DNA of 64,000 bases from an uncultured Gemmatimonadaceae bacterium (GTDB lineage Bacteria; Gemmatimonadota; Gemmatimonadetes; Gemmatimonadales; Gemmatimonadaceae). The stretch is from positions 64,001-128,000 of the forward strand of contig OY970320.1 of assembly GCA_963716745.1 (NCBI GenBank). Reading direction: 5' to 3'. The position numbers and the translations under genes are program-made. Each line of letters starts with the position of its first letter. The stretch's first letter is position 1. The notes under the pieces are model-generated. The model saw only the letters and a program-made list of their open reading frames with translations, had not been told where the DNA came from and made no database searches. Below, in pieces: positions 56,747 through 64,000 of the stretch.

Positions 56747-56787
56747 TCAACAAGGAGTTAGAGGCGGCGGGTGCAGCGTCATTGCAT

Positions 56788-56816
56788 TCTAAGTCTAACG
56801 TCTAAGTCTAACGTCT
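56788..56816. repeat. 13-bp tandem repeat upstream of clpB
   Basis: (TCTAAGTCTAACG)x2 plus TCT. Confidence 0.8.
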
Positions 56817-56896
56817 GCAGTACCGACGCCAGAACTTACTATGCTATATTGACTTAAAGCCCAGATGATAAACCAGTTTAGGAGATAGAAAGTAGA

Positions 56897-59491
<2,595 letters not shown>

Positions 59492-59495
<4 letters not shown>

Positions 59496-59961
59496 CGCAG
59501 GAGCGCGACGTCGCGTGGATGAAGGAAGCGTTGGTGCTGGCGCGCGAAGCGGCGACGTCACGGCGATGTGCCCGTGGGCGCGATCGTCGTGCGTCGCGAC
59601 GAGGTACTCGCGAAGTCCGCGAACCGCACCGTGCGCGATCAGGATCCCACGGCGCATGCCGAGGTCATCGCCATCCGTGAGGCGTCGCGCGTGCTCGGCA
59701 GCTGGCGGCTGGATGGCTGCTCGCTCTACGTGACGCTCGAGCCCTGCGCGATGTGCGCCGGCGCGATCGTGCTCGCGCGCGTGGATCGCGTGGTCTACGG
59801 CGCCTGGGATGAGAAAGGCGGGCATGGCGGGCAGCGTGGCCGACTTGCTCCGTCATCCGCGTTTGAACCATCGCCCCGAGGTCCTGGCCGGTGTCTGCGA
59901 ACCGTCGAGCGCCGAGTTGCTGAAATCCTTCTTCGCCGATCGCCGAGCGCCGAGCGCCTAG
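59492..59961 (+). CDS. tadA: tRNA adenosine(34) deaminase; apparent +1 frameshifts near 59558 and 59814-59817
   Basis: [32 protein letters not shown]...LNH...LLKSFF in the third frame. Confidence 0.9.
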
Positions 59962-59970
59962 GGCCCGCAG

Positions 59971-59999
59971 TTGGAGTACGGCCCCCGCGCCGTTAACTT
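59971..59999 (+). promoter_or_regulatory. sigma70-like promoter of tRNA-Ser
   Basis: TTGGAG-N17-TAACTT. Confidence 0.55.
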
Positions 60000-60013
60000 T
60001 GTCCGTCCCCCAA

Positions 60014-60100
60014 GGACGGGTGGCCGAGTGGTTGAAGGCACCGGTCTCGAAAACCGGCATACCGGAAACGGTATCGTGAGTTCGAATCTCACCCCGTCCG
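60014..60100 (+). tRNA. tRNA-Ser (anticodon CGA), CCA not encoded
   Basis: Acceptor stem GGACGGG/CCCGTCC plus discriminator G, anticodon arm CCGGT-CTCGAAA-ACCGG, long variable arm, GTTCGAATC T-loop. Confidence 0.96.
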
Positions 60101-60107
60101 TGATGAC

Positions 60108-60142
60108 AGAGAGCCCGCGCAGTGATGCGCGGGCTCTTTTTT
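60108..60142 (+). terminator. Intrinsic terminator after tRNA-Ser, possibly bidirectional
   Basis: AGAGCCCGCGCA-GTGA-TGCGCGGGCTCT followed by a T run. Confidence 0.88.
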
Positions 60143-60161
60143 ATCTCGACGGCGGAGGCGG

Positions 60162-61586
60162 TCAGAACGCCATCCACAAGTACAAGTACAACGCACTGTT
60201 GTTCATTGCGGTCCGTGGTGTCGTGCCATCGTACGCGCTCGCCCCGCCGTTGAACTTGGAGTAGAGTGTGTACTGGATCGCGAACCGCGTGTTCTGCCAC
60301 GGATTGTAATCGAACTCGCCGATCCATCCAGCGCTGTTCGGGCTCCCGCTGGCGCTGCCGGTCACGGCCCCCGGTTGGTAGAGCAATGCATCGGCAGTGC
60401 CGCTCGTGCCGAACGCCCCGAGCGTGAAGCCGAGATAAAGCGATGGGTCGTACGACGCGTTGACTTTCCAACTCGAGAGCGTGTTCGCGACTGACGACGC
60501 TTCACCTGATCCGAACGCCGCACCGAGCGACTGCGATTCGTGGATCCAGCTTGCGCGGCCAATGAGCGCGCCATCGGTCAGCTTGCGCTCATACTGCGCG
60601 TCGAGCGCCACGTCGGTATATCGATTCGTCGGGCCCGAGACGCCGGTCGGGCCCAATGAAGTCTCCATCCCGAACGTGCCCACCATCACATAGTCCTTGG
60701 ACCACTGATGTTGCAGCGCAACGCGCCAATATGGAGCGGCCCCGATCGGCAATCCGGTGACTGTCGTGTCGAGCGGATACGCGACACCCTGCGGCGCGCG
60801 CCCATATGCGGTGAACTCAGCATAGACCAGGTTGTTCCAAAGGCCGTACGCTCCGAGCCCCACCACCTGTTGGCCCAGCGCGCCGTCGACGATCGGTGCC
60901 GCGATGGGCGATGGAGCGATCGGCGACGACATGAACGGGAAGCTCCAGGCGGGCACCGTATTCCACGGATCTTGCACGGTGGGATTGTTCTCAAGCGAGA
61001 CGCCGTACACCAAGCTCTTCCCCGCAAACTGTGTGCGGTCGGCGAATCGCAGATCCACGTTGTCGAGTCCGATGGCGCCGTCCGGCGCGGTGTAGGTCAA
61101 CTGGATGAACGCTCCGATTCTTGGCGTCATCTCGCCGGCGTAGAACAGGCTCAATTGATCGGGAAAGAGCACGCCGCCATTCGCGGTGCCCGGGATCGCT
61201 GCGTTCAGGTGCGTCGACGACACCACAAGCATCGCGGCGACCGGCGAGATCGGCGACAGTTTCAGTGTTTCGCGGTCGGCCGAATCCTTCTGCGAGATGT
61301 TGACGAGACCCGTGAGCGTGTAGCCGTTGAGTTTGAAATTCCGGCCGAACGGTGTGAGTTGCGGGAACTGGTAGTGACACGCGCTGCACGCCAAGTGCGT
61401 TTGGCGGGAGAAACTTGGAAGCCGCCGCGCGAGTTGCGCGGCGCCCGCGGGATTCCCGGTGAGCGTGAAGCGCGCGCTCGCCGGCGACTCCCCGGCGGTC
61501 GCCATCGACCGGCGCGGCGCGAAGCCCGCCAGGAGCAGCGCGAGTGACGCAGCGCTCGCGATCTTGAGTGGACGAGAGATGGTCAT
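60162..61586 (-). CDS. Cyc2-like outer-membrane cytochrome c-porin fusion
   Basis: Signal peptide; LPSFSRQTHLACSACHYQFPQLTPFGRNFKLNGY (single CxxCH at 61374-61388); beta-barrel ending LYLYLWMAF. Confidence 0.82.
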   Translation of the reverse strand: MTISRPLKIASAASLALLLAGFAPRRSMATAGESPASARFTLTGNPAGAAQLARRLPSFSRQTHLACSACHYQFPQLTPFGRNFKLNGYTLTGLVNISQKDSADRETLKLSPISPVAAMLVVSSTHLNAAIPGTANGGVLFPDQLSLFYAGEMTPRIGAFIQLTYTAPDGAIGLDNVDLRFADRTQFAGKSLVYGVSLENNPTVQDPWNTVPAWSFPFMSSPIAPSPIAAPIVDGALGQQVVGLGAYGLWNNLVYAEFTAYGRAPQGVAYPLDTTVTGLPIGAAPYWRVALQHQWSKDYVMVGTFGMETSLGPTGVSGPTNRYTDVALDAQYERKLTDGALIGRASWIHESQSLGAAFGSGEASSVANTLSSWKVNASYDPSLYLGFTLGAFGTSGTADALLYQPGAVTGSASGSPNSAGWIGEFDYNPWQNTRFAIQYTLYSKFNGGASAYDGTTPRTAMNNSALYLYLWMAF

Positions 61587-61633
61587 GTGGATCGACGCTC
61601 CCGGCGTGGAGGAATGGAACTGGGCCGTTCCGA

Positions 61634-62035
61634 TCAGGGCTTCGTTTTGCCGTGGCTCACCGACCACACATAGACCGCCACGTTGACCGCCTGCGCGTCG
61701 GAGATCCCGTTCGGATGGGAGACCATCGCGGTCCCGTCTACGCCGTGCGTGATCACCCGATAGATCTCCGGCAGAGTGCCGTTCGTCGCATCCTTCCATT
61801 TGTGCGCCTGAAGAGCTGGCGCGATGGGCGTGCCCTCGAGGTCCTGTCCATGACAGGCCAGGCAATTGCCGGCGCCATGGAACACCTGGCGGCCTTCAGC
61901 GATCATCGTGGTGGTGATCTGGGCGGTATCGGGGAGCGGTGCCTGCTCGATGCTCGCGCTGCCGGACGTCGACCCGAAAGCCGACGCGAGCACGACCACT
62001 CCGAGTGCAATGGCGATAGCGGAAGATTTGCGCAT
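61634..62035 (-). CDS. Periplasmic monoheme class I cytochrome c
   Basis: Signal peptide, CLACH, GxxxAPxL, candidate distal Met in GTAMVS. Confidence 0.9.
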   Translation of the reverse strand: MRKSSAIAIALGVVVLASAFGSTSGSASIEQAPLPDTAQITTTMIAEGRQVFHGAGNCLACHGQDLEGTPIAPALQAHKWKDATNGTLPEIYRVITHGVDGTAMVSHPNGISDAQAVNVAVYVWSVSHGKTKP

Positions 62036-62138
62036 GCGCGCACGATACGCGGGCTACGGCGTTAGCGCAGTCGGCAGAATCCCGGTTCGGCGTAAGGGTT
62101 TCGCTGAGTACGACCGCTGCGATCGCACCGGTCGACGG

Positions 62139-62828
62139 TCAGGGCCCGGTGGCGCCCCCGTCGGTCAGCAGCCCGAGCTTGAGCGCGAAGGCGACGTAAT
62201 CGGCACGCTTCATTAAGCCGACCTTCTCGTTGATCCGCTGTTTGTACGTATCGACAGTCTTCGGACTGATGACCAGCCGATCGCCGATCTCGGGCGCGGT
62301 GTAGCCTGCCGCTACCAGGCGCAGCACATTGCGCTCGCGCGCAGTCAGCTTCTCATATCGCGCTCGCTCGCCCGCGTGCTCGTCCTTCTTGGTCAGCTCT
62401 TTCGCCAGCACGAGCGCCGCCGTGGGCCGCACGAATATCTCCCCGCGCGCCACGGTTCGCACCGCGTTCACCAACTCGCGGTCCGCGACGCTCTTCATGA
62501 TGTAGCCTGAGGCGCCCGCCTCGAGCAGCGGCACGAGGTACTCCTCCTCCGCGTGCATTGTGAGCACGAGCACGCGCGTCGTACCGCCTTTCGCGGTGAT
62601 CGCCTTCGTGGCGCTCAGGCCATCCATGCCTGCCATTGTCAGGTCCATCACGACGACATCCGGCTGGAGTCGCTCGACGAGCGCGAGCGCCTCCGAGCCA
62701 TTACTGGCCTCGCCCACGACTTCGATGCCTTGCGCGGCGCCGAGGACGGCCTTCAGGCCGGCGCGAACGATCGGGTGATCGTCGGTGAGGATCACGCGGA
62801 TCGTCGTGCCACTGATGCGGTCACTCAT
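62139..62828 (-). CDS. NarL/FixJ family response regulator (REC + LuxR HTH)
   Basis: TDDHPIVRAG, MDLTM, LTMH, LTARERNVL, ISPKTVDTY. Confidence 0.95.
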   Translation of the reverse strand: MSDRISGTTIRVILTDDHPIVRAGLKAVLGAAQGIEVVGEASNGSEALALVERLQPDVVVMDLTMAGMDGLSATKAITAKGGTTRVLVLTMHAEEEYLVPLLEAGASGYIMKSVADRELVNAVRTVARGEIFVRPTAALVLAKELTKKDEHAGERARYEKLTARERNVLRLVAAGYTAPEIGDRLVISPKTVDTYKQRINEKVGLMKRADYVAFALKLGLLTDGGATGP

Positions 62829-63850
62829 CGTGCCAGCGGGATCGAGGTGCGAACGCGAGTTCCGGAGCCCATGGAGCTTTCGATCTCGAGGGATCCCCTC
62901 ACCAGTATCGTGCGCTCGCGCATGGAGAAGAGTCCCATGCCCGGCCGGCGGCGCTCCGCCTCGCGCAGGTCGAAGCCGGAGCCGTCGTCGGAGACTTCCA
63001 GCTGCGCCGCGCCGTCTGTGACGGTCACGCTGATGCGCACGGCGTCGGGGTCAGCATGGCGGACCGCATTTCCGAGCGCCTCCTGCGCGACGCGATAGAG
63101 CACGCTCGCCACGGGCGGCGGCAACTCCGTCACGTCGCCGGAAGCATCGACCGTCACCGGAACGCCGGAAGCGAGTCGCGTGGTACGCGCCAGCCACTCC
63201 AAAGCGGCGACGAGGCCGAGATCGTCCAGCACCCGCGGATGCACAGTGTGCGACAGGTGGCGGACTTCCTCGAGTGCGTCCACCGCCATATTGCGCACTT
63301 CGTCCAGGCGCTGCGCCGATCCCGCATCGCGCTCCTCGCGTACGGCGACGCTCAGATGGAGCAGGAGCGCGGTGAGCGTTTGTGCCACCGAGTCGTGCAG
63401 TTCGCGCGCGATCCGCCCTCGCTCCTCGTCCTGCGCGTTGATCACCTGCGACGCGAGGAGGCGCGACCGCGCACTGTCTGCCGTCAGATCGTCGAGAAGC
63501 GCATTGATGGCGCCGCCGACGCGGAAAAGGTCCGGATCGGCGAGGCGCGACGGCTCCACACGGGCAGCGCGGTCGCCGCGCAGCACGCGCGACGCCGTGA
63601 GCTCCAATTCTCGCAGCGGCCACAGCGCGAGGCGGACGAGTGCGAGGTTCACGATAAGCGCCGCGATCAACAGCCCCGCCATAGCGATCCCGATCTGCGG
63701 CCTCGCCGCCGGAACGAGCCGGTCGAGCACCAGCAGCGCCACCAGCACGATGACCAGGTTCGCGCCGGCGATCTTTGCGCCGAGTGATACGCGAACCACC
63801 CGCTCCCATGCACGGCGGGCCGATGCGTCCCCCTCGGTGGATGTCAGCAC
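62825..63850 (-). CDS. Membrane sensor histidine kinase (2 TM, HAMP, HisKA_3, HATPase)
   Basis: EERGRIARELHDS, LDDLGL, YRVAQEALGNAVRHA, DDGSGF, GMGL; stop overlaps the regulator start. Confidence 0.93.
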   Translation of the reverse strand: MLTSTEGDASARRAWERVVRVSLGAKIAGANLVIVLVALLVLDRLVPAARPQIGIAMAGLLIAALIVNLALVRLALWPLRELELTASRVLRGDRAARVEPSRLADPDLFRVGGAINALLDDLTADSARSRLLASQVINAQDEERGRIARELHDSVAQTLTALLLHLSVAVREERDAGSAQRLDEVRNMAVDALEEVRHLSHTVHPRVLDDLGLVAALEWLARTTRLASGVPVTVDASGDVTELPPPVASVLYRVAQEALGNAVRHADPDAVRISVTVTDGAAQLEVSDDGSGFDLREAERRRPGMGLFSMRERTILVRGSLEIESSMGSGTRVRTSIPLAR

Positions 63851-64000
63851 GTACTGAATCTAGCGCGCACCGCTGGTGCCGGAGTCCGGCGTCCGGATGT
63901 GTTCCGCGCGGAATCCGATCCCGATGACACGCGCCGGGAATGCGCCGCAGCAGCGCGAACTTCTGCAGCAACCAGAGCGGGAAGGGGAGTCTCGAGATCG

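Noticed and set aside
56747..56896. CIRCE or HAIR heat-shock operator upstream of clpB
   Set aside because: There is no adequate match to TTAGCACTC-N9-GAGTGCTAA or CTTGAGT-N7-ACTCAAG.
60014..60100. tRNA-Sec (long variable arm, selB nearby)
   Set aside because: The anticodon is CGA, not TCA, and the acceptor stem is a normal 7 bp; this is tRNA-Ser.
61587..61865. N-terminal extension of the Cyc2-like ORF (567-aa version)
   Set aside because: The extension overlaps the cytochrome c gene in another frame; the signal peptide begins at the ATG at 61586.

Overview
High-GC bacterial chromosomal window. Gene content and order suggest Gemmatimonadota (inference). Positions 1-60100 are almost entirely + strand core genome: the dcw cluster tail (murD-ftsW-murG-murC-ftsQ-ftsA-ftsZ), ftsY-recG-asnS, alr-deoB-cdd, mtaB-miaB-comFB-comEC-fbp, methylmalonyl-CoA mutase, argS-purM, a rib operon with nusB, hprK plus a complete mannose-type PTS, ahcY, a cobalamin riboswitch with btuFCDB, recO-selB, clpB-tadA and tRNA-Ser(CGA). 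After the tRNA terminator the genes switch to the - strand. That block encodes a Cyc2-like cytochrome-porin fusion, a periplasmic monoheme cytochrome c and a NarL-type two-component system, a candidate regulated extracellular electron transfer or Fe(II)-oxidation module and the most notable find. Non-coding highlights are a DnaA-box cluster and a 49-bp inverted-repeat element upstream of ftsZ, a two-copy palindromic repeat with 9-bp periodicity, heptamer tandem repeats, and -10 boxes placed 5-6 nt before start codons (leaderless mRNAs). About 14 single-base frameshifts in conserved or essential genes look like consensus artefacts. Most look like two synonymous alleles merged at a wobble position.
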